Shown: piece after piece, positions 7,617 through 14,213 of the stretch
Layout: each line of letters begins with the position of its first letter
Numbering within the stretch: position 1 is the first letter of the stretch
IMG/VR virus record: IMGVR_UViG_3300037313_000468
Span: 1 to 41,427 of that record
Reading direction: 5' to 3' (one strand)
DNA from: a virus
Lineage: Duplodnaviria > Caudoviricetes
Length of the DNA stretch: 41,427 nt
Made by a program: the position numbers and the translations under genes
Notes under the pieces: generated by a model
What the model saw: the letters and a program-made list of their open reading frames with translations, nothing else
Told to the model about the DNA's origin: nothing
Database searches by the model: none

Positions 7617-7819
7617 GCAAGCTCGCCTACACCCTCGACGAAGCCGCTGAGGCGACTGGCTTCTCCGTGAAGACCCTGCGTCGCGCGATCGTCTCCACCG
7701 ACCCGTCCGCCTTCCCGCCCCCGCTGGATGCCAAGCGTGCCGGCGACGCACCGAACTCCCCGTACCGGATCCTCGCCCCGGCGCTCGTCGCCTGGCTCGA
7801 GTCGATGAAGGACGCCTGA
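7613..7819 (+). CDS. Excisionase-like HTH protein
   Basis: YTLDEAAEATGFSVKTLRRAI...YRI...LVAWL; ATGA coupling. Confidence 0.8.
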   Translation: MSKLAYTLDEAAEATGFSVKTLRRAIVSTDPSAFPPPLDAKRAGDAPNSPYRILAPALVAWLESMKDA

Positions 7820-8184
7820 TGCACGGCTACGTGTACCGCGCGTTCAACAAGGACGGTGTCCTGCTTTACATCGGGTCGACCGGCGACCTTGGCCGCCGGC
7901 TCCACCAGCATGAGCTGGCGACCCGCTGGTGGAGCGCGGACGTGACCTTCACATCGACCCGATTCGACACCTTGGAGGCGGCTCGCCGCGCCGAGCTCGA
8001 GGCGATCGCCGCCGAGTGCCCGCGCTGGAACATCCGCGGCCGCTCTCCGCTCCACCCGGACGGCCCAGCCACTGACTACGTGGACGTGCTCGCCCTCTAT
8101 CCCGATGACTGCCGTTGGAGCACTGGTCGCTCGCCCTTTGTGGCGGTCACCTCTGCGCGCCGCCGCCGAAACCGAGCGGCCTAA
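7819..8184 (+). CDS. GIY-YIG nuclease-domain protein
   Basis: YVYRAFNKDGVLLYIGST...RRLHQH...AELEAI...PRWN. Confidence 0.85.
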   Translation: MHGYVYRAFNKDGVLLYIGSTGDLGRRLHQHELATRWWSADVTFTSTRFDTLEAARRAELEAIAAECPRWNIRGRSPLHPDGPATDYVDVLALYPDDCRWSTGRSPFVAVTSARRRRNRAA

Positions 8185-8329
8185 GAACGCCGCTCGGCTG
8201 GGTTTGACATCCCACCCCCCCTCGATGGTCGCCAAGCCGAGCGGTCTTAACCCCCACAGAAAACAGCGGGACCGACTCCCCCTTGACGAAGAGCCGGCCC
8301 CGCTACGAAACCCCACCAAGGAGTATCGC

Positions 8330-8563
8330 ATGAACAGCGTAACCAAGCTCCCCACACACGCAGACCGTGTGAACGCTGCCGAGAAGCGCGCCAGCAAGGC
8401 GCTGAACCAGCTGCGCGACCGGTCGTATGAGGTCGGCTTCAAGACCGGCCGGTTCGGCAAGCCCGCCGACGAGAAGGAGGAGCGCGAGGCCGCATCCGAG
8501 GCCACGGACGCACTGACCGCTCTCGTGGAGCTCGCCCTCTCCAACGAGGCGGGTGTGCGATGA
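8330..8563 (+). CDS. Hypothetical protein
   Basis: AAGGAG RBS; ATGA coupling to the next gene. Confidence 0.7.
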   Translation: MNSVTKLPTHADRVNAAEKRASKALNQLRDRSYEVGFKTGRFGKPADEKEEREAASEATDALTALVELALSNEAGVR

Positions 8564-8811
8564 CGATCCCCTGGCGCCCCGACGCGCCCTACCGAGGCAA
8601 GCACCGTGCACCCCGCGCCCCCCGTCGCCCGCTGGTGAACGAGGAGCGCATCCCGACCCAGTTCCTCGCAGACGTCGTGCGGCACATGCGCCCCGGCGCG
8701 TTGTCGCTGGACCCTGCGCTGATCGGTGACGGGCTCGACATCGACGACGCGATGCGCCGGGCTGGTGTCGACGCTGACGACGCCCTGACCGCGTGGAGGG
8801 CAGCCTCATGA
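8560..8811 (+). CDS. Hypothetical protein
   Basis: Part of a chain of 4-bp-overlapping early genes. Confidence 0.65.
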   Translation: MTIPWRPDAPYRGKHRAPRAPRRPLVNEERIPTQFLADVVRHMRPGALSLDPALIGDGLDIDDAMRRAGVDADDALTAWRAAS

Positions 8812-9044
8812 GCGCGGACTATGGCGACGACCGCTACGGCCTGATGAGGGTCCACATCGCCGCCCAGCGCGCCCGGTGGGCGTGTGACAAGTTCTCCCGC
8901 AACTTCCTCCGAGAGTGGGCCAAGGAGCATGGCGTCTCCGCTGCCCACCGGCTCAAGTTCGACCTCGCTTGGCACATGGCGCAGCACGGCCTCATCGACG
9001 CCGAGGGAAACCTCCGCGATGGCTTCCCTGGCGGTGCGTCATGA
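8808..9044 (+). CDS. Hypothetical protein
   Basis: ATGA overlap; GGAGG RBS. Confidence 0.65.
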   Translation: MSADYGDDRYGLMRVHIAAQRARWACDKFSRNFLREWAKEHGVSAAHRLKFDLAWHMAQHGLIDAEGNLRDGFPGGAS

Positions 9045-9202
9045 CCGCCCGGCATCTGTCGATCCACCGTGCCGAGCGTCGCGCCACGCAGGTCGTGTTC
9101 GTCACCGCCCTGTGGGTCGTGCAGCACGGCGTCCTCGGCTGGTTCTGGGCCGGTGAGACCGCGGGCCGGATTGGGTTGCGGCGCAAGGCAGGTGTGCGAT
9201 GA
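9041..9202 (+). CDS. Small hypothetical protein, possibly membrane-associated
   Basis: ATGA overlaps at both ends. Confidence 0.55.
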   Translation: MTARHLSIHRAERRATQVVFVTALWVVQHGVLGWFWAGETAGRIGLRRKAGVR

Positions 9203-9444
9203 GCGCCGAGAAGTGCGGCACCCGCACGGGCTACTACCTGCACCGCAAGGTCAACGAGCCAGCGTGCCAGCCGTGCAAGGACGCCATCGCGGCGTACAAG
9301 CGCGAGTACCTGAGTCGCACTCCGGCCGTGCAGGCGAAGCAGAACGCCTACACCAAGGCCCATGACCGAGCGTTGCTGCGGCTGAAGGACGCTCACCCCG
9401 CTGAGTTCGCACGCCTTCTCGATGAGGAAAGGAGCGCGTCGTGA
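9199..9444 (+). CDS. Cys/His zinc-motif protein
   Basis: CGTRTGYYLHRKVNEPACQPC, a motif common in small actinophage early proteins. Confidence 0.7.
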   Translation: MSAEKCGTRTGYYLHRKVNEPACQPCKDAIAAYKREYLSRTPAVQAKQNAYTKAHDRALLRLKDAHPAEFARLLDEERSAS

Positions 9445-9632
9445 TCACCCACTCCCACGGCACGCCCGAGCGCACCGCGATCCAGCTCGACTTCGAACGC
9501 ATCCGCGCCGAACTGCGGGACCGGCTCGACCGGCTCGACGAGGCCACCCAACTCCGCGCCCTGCGCCAACTCGCCCACGACGACCCCGACGCCGTCAACG
9601 AAGCCCTCGACGCGGAAGGTGCTGCGTCATGA
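9441..9632 (+). CDS. Hypothetical protein
   Basis: GTGA overlap; AGGAG RBS. Confidence 0.6.
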   Translation: MITHSHGTPERTAIQLDFERIRAELRDRLDRLDEATQLRALRQLAHDDPDAVNEALDAEGAAS

Positions 9633-9877
9633 ACAGCCGCGAGCCGATACTCACCCCCCGCATCAGGTTCCGGCTCTGGCTTGACCTGCGCGTGACCCTG
9701 CCTGTTCTGCGAGCCCTGCGCTGGCTCTTCCGCTGCCCTGAGTGCCACACCCGACCCGATCGGCACCGATGGTCCAAGGCGCCCCGCTGGGATCACGACA
9801 AAGTCGCCGCGATGCTCGGGATCGTCGAGGGGCGCTGCCCGCGATGCGGCGCGGAGCTTGAGCGGGGCGCGTCATGA
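9629..9877 (+). CDS. Hypothetical zinc-finger protein
   Basis: CPEC and CPRC motifs; ATGA overlaps. Confidence 0.6.
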   Translation: MNSREPILTPRIRFRLWLDLRVTLPVLRALRWLFRCPECHTRPDRHRWSKAPRWDHDKVAAMLGIVEGRCPRCGAELERGAS

Positions 9878-10038
9878 AGCCCCGCGTCTACCAGTGCCAA
9901 CGATGCACCGGCCACCACTGGATGGTCAGCGGGCCTGCCGTGCAAGGCGTGCGCCGCCAGTACGACGGCCTGACGACCTGGGCTGAGGCGATGCAGCAGG
10001 CGCGGAACCTCGCGCGCTGGGCGGGGGTGCGGCCGTGA
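9874..10038 (+). CDS. Hypothetical protein (54 aa)
   Basis: ATGA and GTGA overlaps; CQRC motif. Confidence 0.55.
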   Translation: MKPRVYQCQRCTGHHWMVSGPAVQGVRRQYDGLTTWAEAMQQARNLARWAGVRP

Positions 10039-10136
10039 GCGTCCTCCTGCTCGCCCTCGCCGCCCTAGTCGTCGCCGAGTTCTACATCCTGCGCGCCACA
10101 CCGCGCGCCCGCCGAACCGAAAGAAGGCAGCCGTGA
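10035..10136 (+). CDS. Small membrane peptide (33 aa)
   Basis: GTGA overlaps at both ends; one hydrophobic helix. Confidence 0.45.
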   Translation: MSVLLLALAALVVAEFYILRATPRARRTERRQP

Positions 10137-10375
10137 ACGTCATCGTCGGGTTCCTCATCGTCGCCCTCATCACCTGCGCCGGCTGCTACGTCACCTGCGC
10201 CTGGGCCGACGACACCATCGAGGTCGCACCCCAGCCCCAGCCCGTGCGCCGGGCCTGCGACAACACCGGCTGCGGCTACCGGAGCGTCATCACCGTCACC
10301 CGCCGAGGCGGACGGACCGCGCACGTGTGCGCCGGCTGCCACAACACGGGCGAGTTGATGGGCTGGTGGATCTGA
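10133..10375 (+). CDS. Membrane-anchored Cys-containing protein
   Basis: N-terminal hydrophobic helix; CDNTGC and CAGC motifs. Confidence 0.6.
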   Translation: MNVIVGFLIVALITCAGCYVTCAWADDTIEVAPQPQPVRRACDNTGCGYRSVITVTRRGGRTAHVCAGCHNTGELMGWWI

Positions 10376-10653
10376 TGAGAGGCCACGACATCAGCTTCGT
10401 CATCTACGACGAGACGGCCAACGCCACCAGCTCGTATGAAGACGACGACCACATCACCTGCTGCGAGAACGACGACCTCGCGCTCTGCGGAGCGGACGCC
10501 ACGAACATGCACTGGCTCGACCCGGACGCGGAGATCAACTGCGCCACATGCCTGCGCCTCGAGCTGGCCGACGCGGAGTGGCTGGATGCGAACTGCGACA
10601 ACGATGCCCGCTGCCCCCACTGCCCGATGAACGTCCTTGGAGGCGCGTCATGA
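10375..10653 (+). CDS. Hypothetical Cys-rich acidic protein
   Basis: HITCC...ALCG...CATC...CPHC; TGATG coupling. Confidence 0.6.
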   Translation: MRGHDISFVIYDETANATSSYEDDDHITCCENDDLALCGADATNMHWLDPDAEINCATCLRLELADAEWLDANCDNDARCPHCPMNVLGGAS

Positions 10654-10886
10654 GCGACTACTTCCTCAACAACTTCGAGTCCGGCCACGCCTTCTTCGAA
10701 GGCCACGCCCCCGGCGCGCACAAGCTCCCCTCCGGCCGCTGGGTCGCCCACTGCGACGACGGGTGCATCGACCCCGACGAGCCCGGCGTCCTCATCCACG
10801 CCGACCGCGACGCCGCCGCAGAGCAAGCCGCCCACATCCTCGCCGGCCGCATCCACGGCCCCACCGACACGGAGGGCGCACGATGA
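10650..10886 (+). CDS. Hypothetical protein
   Basis: GGAGG RBS; ATGA overlaps. Confidence 0.6.
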   Translation: MSDYFLNNFESGHAFFEGHAPGAHKLPSGRWVAHCDDGCIDPDEPGVLIHADRDAAAEQAAHILAGRIHGPTDTEGAR

Positions 10887-12304
10887 GCCTCAAGGTCGGC
10901 GCGCTGTTCGCAGGCTATGGCGGCATCGAGCTGGCACTCGGGTCCGTCCTCGACACCGAGCCCGCCTGGTTCTCGGAGTTCGACAAGGCCCCGTCAGCCA
11001 TCCTCGGCCACCACTGGCCCGACGTCCCGAACCTCGGCGACGTGACCAAGGTCGACTGGGCCGCAGTGGAACCCGTCGACATCATCACGGGCGGCTCACC
11101 CTGCCAAGACCTTTCGCACGCCGGGAAACGAGCCGGCATGAAGGCCGGGACGCGCTCCGGCCTGTGGGCGTCCATGTGCGACGCCATCGACATCATCCGA
11201 CCTCGCCTCGTGGTGTGGGAGAACGTGAGAGGGGCACTCAGTGCCGAAGCCGATAGCGCAGTGGAACCCTGCCCGATCTGCGTGGGAGACGGAGGACGTG
11301 TCACTCTGCGGGCACTCGGACGTGTACTCGGAGACCTGGCCGAGCTCGGGTATGACGCGTGGTGGTACGGCCTACGCGCTGCCGACGTGGGAGCAGCGCA
11401 CGGACGGTTCCGAGTCTTTCTCTTCGCCACTCCTGCAAACGCCGGTCGCAGCGGAGGGCTCGAAGCCCTCGAACGTGATGGGCGTGGAACGGCGGGCTTC
11501 GACGGGGCAAGTGTTCCTGACGAATCAGATCGTGACGCTCTGCGGGCTGGATCCGACGGAGGTCTGACGCTGCTGCCGACGCCCGCCGTCAATGACATGG
11601 GCGCCGCCTACACGCCCGAGACGTGGGATGCCTGGACCGAGCGCATGAAGGCCGAGCACGGCAACGGCAACGGGCACGGCAAGTCACTCAACATCGAGGC
11701 GCTACGGCTCCTGCCGACACCGACGACGGTCGAGGGCACCGGCCCCGGCTCACACGGCACGGGCGGCGACAACCTCCGCACCGTCGTCGACCAACTGCTC
11801 CCGACGCCTCGCGCGACGGACGGCACGAAGGGTGGCCCGAACCAGCGCGGCTCGTCCGGCGACCTCATGCTCCCCAGCGCCGTCGGCCGACTCCTCCCCA
11901 CACCCGAGGCGTCCCGAGCTGGCGGGACGATGGAGCAGCACCTCGAGCGGAAGCGCCTCGCCGACGGTGGCGTCCGCACCGCCGTCACCAACCTCGACGT
12001 CCTCGCGGCCGGCGCGCAGCAGCAGGACTGGCGCGAGTACGAGGCCGCGATCCGCCGCTGCGAACAGGCATGGGGACGACCAGCACCACTACCCACCGAA
12101 CCCGGCGCCAAAGGCCAGCCGCGCCTTTCCCCCACGTTCGTCGAGTGGCTCATGGGCCTGCCCGAAGGGCACGTCACCGACCCCGCCATCGGCATCAGCC
12201 GAAACGACCAGCTCAAGGCCCTTGGCAACGGCGTCGTCCCGCAGCAGTGCGCAGCCGCCCTCCGCGCCTTCCTCGCCGACACCGCCAAGGAGCGTGTTGC
12301 ATGA
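10883..12304 (+). CDS. DNA (cytosine-5)-methyltransferase
   Basis: Motif I LFAGYGG, IV GSPCQ, VI WENV, VIII HGRFRVF and X KALGNGVVP. Confidence 0.92.
   Translation: MSLKVGALFAGYGGIELALGSVLDTEPAWFSEFDKAPSAILGHHWPDVPNLGDVTKVDWAAVEPVDIITGGSPCQDLSHAGKRAGMKAGTRSGLWASMCDAIDIIRPRLVVWENVRGALSAEADSAVEPCPICVGDGGRVTLRALGRVLGDLAELGYDAWWYGLRAADVGAAHGRFRVFLFATPANAGRSGGLEALERDGRGTAGFDGASVPDESDRDALRAGSDGGLTLLPTPAVNDMGAAYTPETWDAWTERMKAEHGNGNGHGKSLNIEALRLLPTPTTVEGTGPGSHGTGGDNLRTVVDQLLPTPRATDGTKGGPNQRGSSGDLMLPSAVGRLLPTPEASRAGGTMEQHLERKRLADGGVRTAVTNLDVLAAGAQQQDWREYEAAIRRCEQAWGRPAPLPTEPGAKGQPRLSPTFVEWLMGLPEGHVTDPAIGISRNDQLKALGNGVVPQQCAAALRAFLADTAKERVA
11241..11567 (+). CDS. Alternative-frame ORF nested in the methyltransferase (putative beta-like subunit, 108 aa)
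   Basis: GTG start after GAGAGGGG; +1 frame; contains ETWPSSGMTRGGTAYALP and an LLQTP module like the main-frame LLPTP modules. Confidence 0.6.
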   Translation: MPKPIAQWNPARSAWETEDVSLCGHSDVYSETWPSSGMTRGGTAYALPTWEQRTDGSESFSSPLLQTPVAAEGSKPSNVMGVERRASTGQVFLTNQIVTLCGLDPTEV

Positions 12305-12732
12305 TCTCCCGCCGCGAAACCATCTCACCCGTCGCCGTCCACCTCTCCACGAGGCGCGAAGACGACTGGCGGACGTTCGCCAACTGCGCCGGGCTCGACG
12401 TCGACGACTTCTTCCCCGACAACCGCGGCCACCAAGTGCCACAGCAGGTCATCGCCGTCTGCGCGAACTGCGAGGTAGTCCAGCAATGCCTGGACTGGGC
12501 TCTGAGGATGCGCATCACCGAAGGCCTGTATGCCGGCACCACCCCCAGCCAGCGCCGCGGGATGAAGCTCGGCGACCCCGCCCCCATCATCAACGCCCGA
12601 TGCGCGGCGTGCGGCGGGCCGAAGAAGTCCACCCGCACCAAGTACTGCCGCCGCTCGACGTGCCGGACCGTCCACGCCCGCAAGGCCGCCGCCGCGACCC
12701 GCGACGCACTGACCCAGGAGGCTACTTCGTGA
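12301..12732 (+). CDS. whiB: WhiB-family transcription factor with C-terminal Cys extension
   Basis: ANC...FFP...CANCEVVQQCL...GLYAG (4 Cys plus a G-L-Y-A-G turn); ATGA overlap. Confidence 0.85.
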   Translation: MISRRETISPVAVHLSTRREDDWRTFANCAGLDVDDFFPDNRGHQVPQQVIAVCANCEVVQQCLDWALRMRITEGLYAGTTPSQRRGMKLGDPAPIINARCAACGGPKKSTRTKYCRRSTCRTVHARKAAAATRDALTQEATS

Positions 12733-13466
12733 GCACCGTCGCCCTGCCTGTCGAGCAGACCATCCCCGACCTGCAGAACATCATCGAGCACGCCATCCTC
12801 AACGCCGAGCGGTCCCTGCAGACCACCATCGGGCCCTCGTCGCTCGGGTCCGGCTGCGACCGGTGCCTCATCACCGAGCTCGCCGGGCTCAAGCCCGAAG
12901 AGGGCCGGGCGCCCTGGCTGCCCACCATCGGCACCGCCGTCCACGACTGGCTCGAGGCCACCGTCATCCGCCACCTCATGGCCAGCGGAACCGACCGGTA
13001 CATCCCCGAAGGGCGCGTCCTCGTCGGACACGTCGACGGCCAACCCATCCACGGCAACAGCGACCTCTTCGACGTCCACACTGGCACCGTCGTCGACTAC
13101 AAGGTCACCGGCACCACCACCCTGCGCAAATGCCGCACCCACGGCCCGTCCCTCACCTACCAGCGGCAGGCGCAGCTCTACGGAAAAGGCTGGGAAGACA
13201 AGGGATTCGACGTCCGCTCCGTCGCGATCTGGTTCCTGCCCCGCAACGGCTACACCATCGACAACGGCTTCCTCTGGCAGGCCCCCTACGACCGCGCCGA
13301 CGCCGAGAACACCCTCGCCCGCGCCAACGCATTCGCCGCCGGCATCCGCGCCATCGGCGCCGAAGCCGTCCTCGCCTCGGCGCCACCACACACCGGGACC
13401 GAGTTCTCCTGCCCCGCGGTCGACGAGCCCCCCAAGACCCCCGACGCCTTCCTCGGCGTCGGGTGA
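12729..13466 (+). CDS. PD-(D/E)XK (Cas4-like) exonuclease
   Basis: IGPSSLGSGCDRC...GTAVH...E...GNSD...VDYK...QAQLYG. Confidence 0.85.
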   Translation: MSTVALPVEQTIPDLQNIIEHAILNAERSLQTTIGPSSLGSGCDRCLITELAGLKPEEGRAPWLPTIGTAVHDWLEATVIRHLMASGTDRYIPEGRVLVGHVDGQPIHGNSDLFDVHTGTVVDYKVTGTTTLRKCRTHGPSLTYQRQAQLYGKGWEDKGFDVRSVAIWFLPRNGYTIDNGFLWQAPYDRADAENTLARANAFAAGIRAIGAEAVLASAPPHTGTEFSCPAVDEPPKTPDAFLGVG

Positions 13467-13506
13467 ACCACCGCAGTTCCGACAACACCACACATCAAGG
13501 AGCACC

Positions 13507-14106
13507 ATGAGCAACAACGAGATCGACGGCTTCCTCCTCGGCGGCGGCGGCAAGTCCGCCTCCTTCGAGACCATCGGCGACAGCGTCACCGGAACCATCC
13601 TGTCCGCCGAGGTCAAGGACCAAACCGACATCGGCACCGGCAAGCCCCTCACCTGGGACAACGGCGAGGTCAAGAAGCAGCTCGTCGTCAAGCTGCAGAC
13701 CACGCTCGCCGAGGACGGAGACGACGACGGCGTCCGCGCCATCTACGTCAAGGGCAGCAAGAAGGCCGGCTCCCGGTCCCTGCACGACGCCGTCGCTGGC
13801 GCCGTCCGGGCCGCCGGGGCGAAGTCCCTCGAGGTGGGCGGCACCCTGACCGTCACCCACGACGGGACGGAGCCGTCGCAGACCCGCGGGTTCTCCGACC
13901 GGAAGCTCTACTCCGCCACCTACGCCGCCCCGAACAAGGCAGCGCAGGCCGGTGACTTCCTCGGCACCCAGCAGGCCACGACACCGCAGCAGCAGACCGC
14001 CCCCCCGGCCGCCTCCCCGGCGGCTGCACCCCAGGCGGCCCCGGCCGTCGACCCTGCCGCCCTCGCCGCCTTCCAGGCGTGGCAGCAGTCCCAGCAGAGC
14101 GCCTGA
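13507..14106 (+). CDS. Single-stranded DNA-binding protein (putative)
   Basis: OB-like beta pattern (F..IGDSVTGTI...W..GEVKKQLVV.L.T) with a low-complexity tail; lies between the exonuclease and primase; AAGGAG RBS. Confidence 0.65.
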   Translation: MSNNEIDGFLLGGGGKSASFETIGDSVTGTILSAEVKDQTDIGTGKPLTWDNGEVKKQLVVKLQTTLAEDGDDDGVRAIYVKGSKKAGSRSLHDAVAGAVRAAGAKSLEVGGTLTVTHDGTEPSQTRGFSDRKLYSATYAAPNKAAQAGDFLGTQQATTPQQQTAPPAASPAAAPQAAPAVDPAALAAFQAWQQSQQSA

Positions 14107-14120
14107 CCGCTGGCTCTGTC

Positions 14121-14151
14121 GCTCGAGCCTCCCCTCCCTTGGGGCTCGAGC
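14121..14151 (+). terminator. Hairpin after the SSB gene
   Basis: GCTCGAGCC...GGCTCGAGC inverted repeat; no clear U-tract. Confidence 0.4.
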
Positions 14152-14213
14152 GGCGGGGCGAACCGGCCAGACCCCCCATCCGAGCCCCACCGGAACCGCA
14201 AGGACCCGCCTTG

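Noticed and set aside
8204-8229. Sigma-70-type promoter from TTGACA
   Set aside because: No -10 element at a suitable 16-18-bp spacing.
12729-13466. CRISPR-Cas system suggested by the Cas4-like nuclease
   Set aside because: No repeat-spacer array or other cas genes were seen; such nucleases are routine in phage recombination modules.
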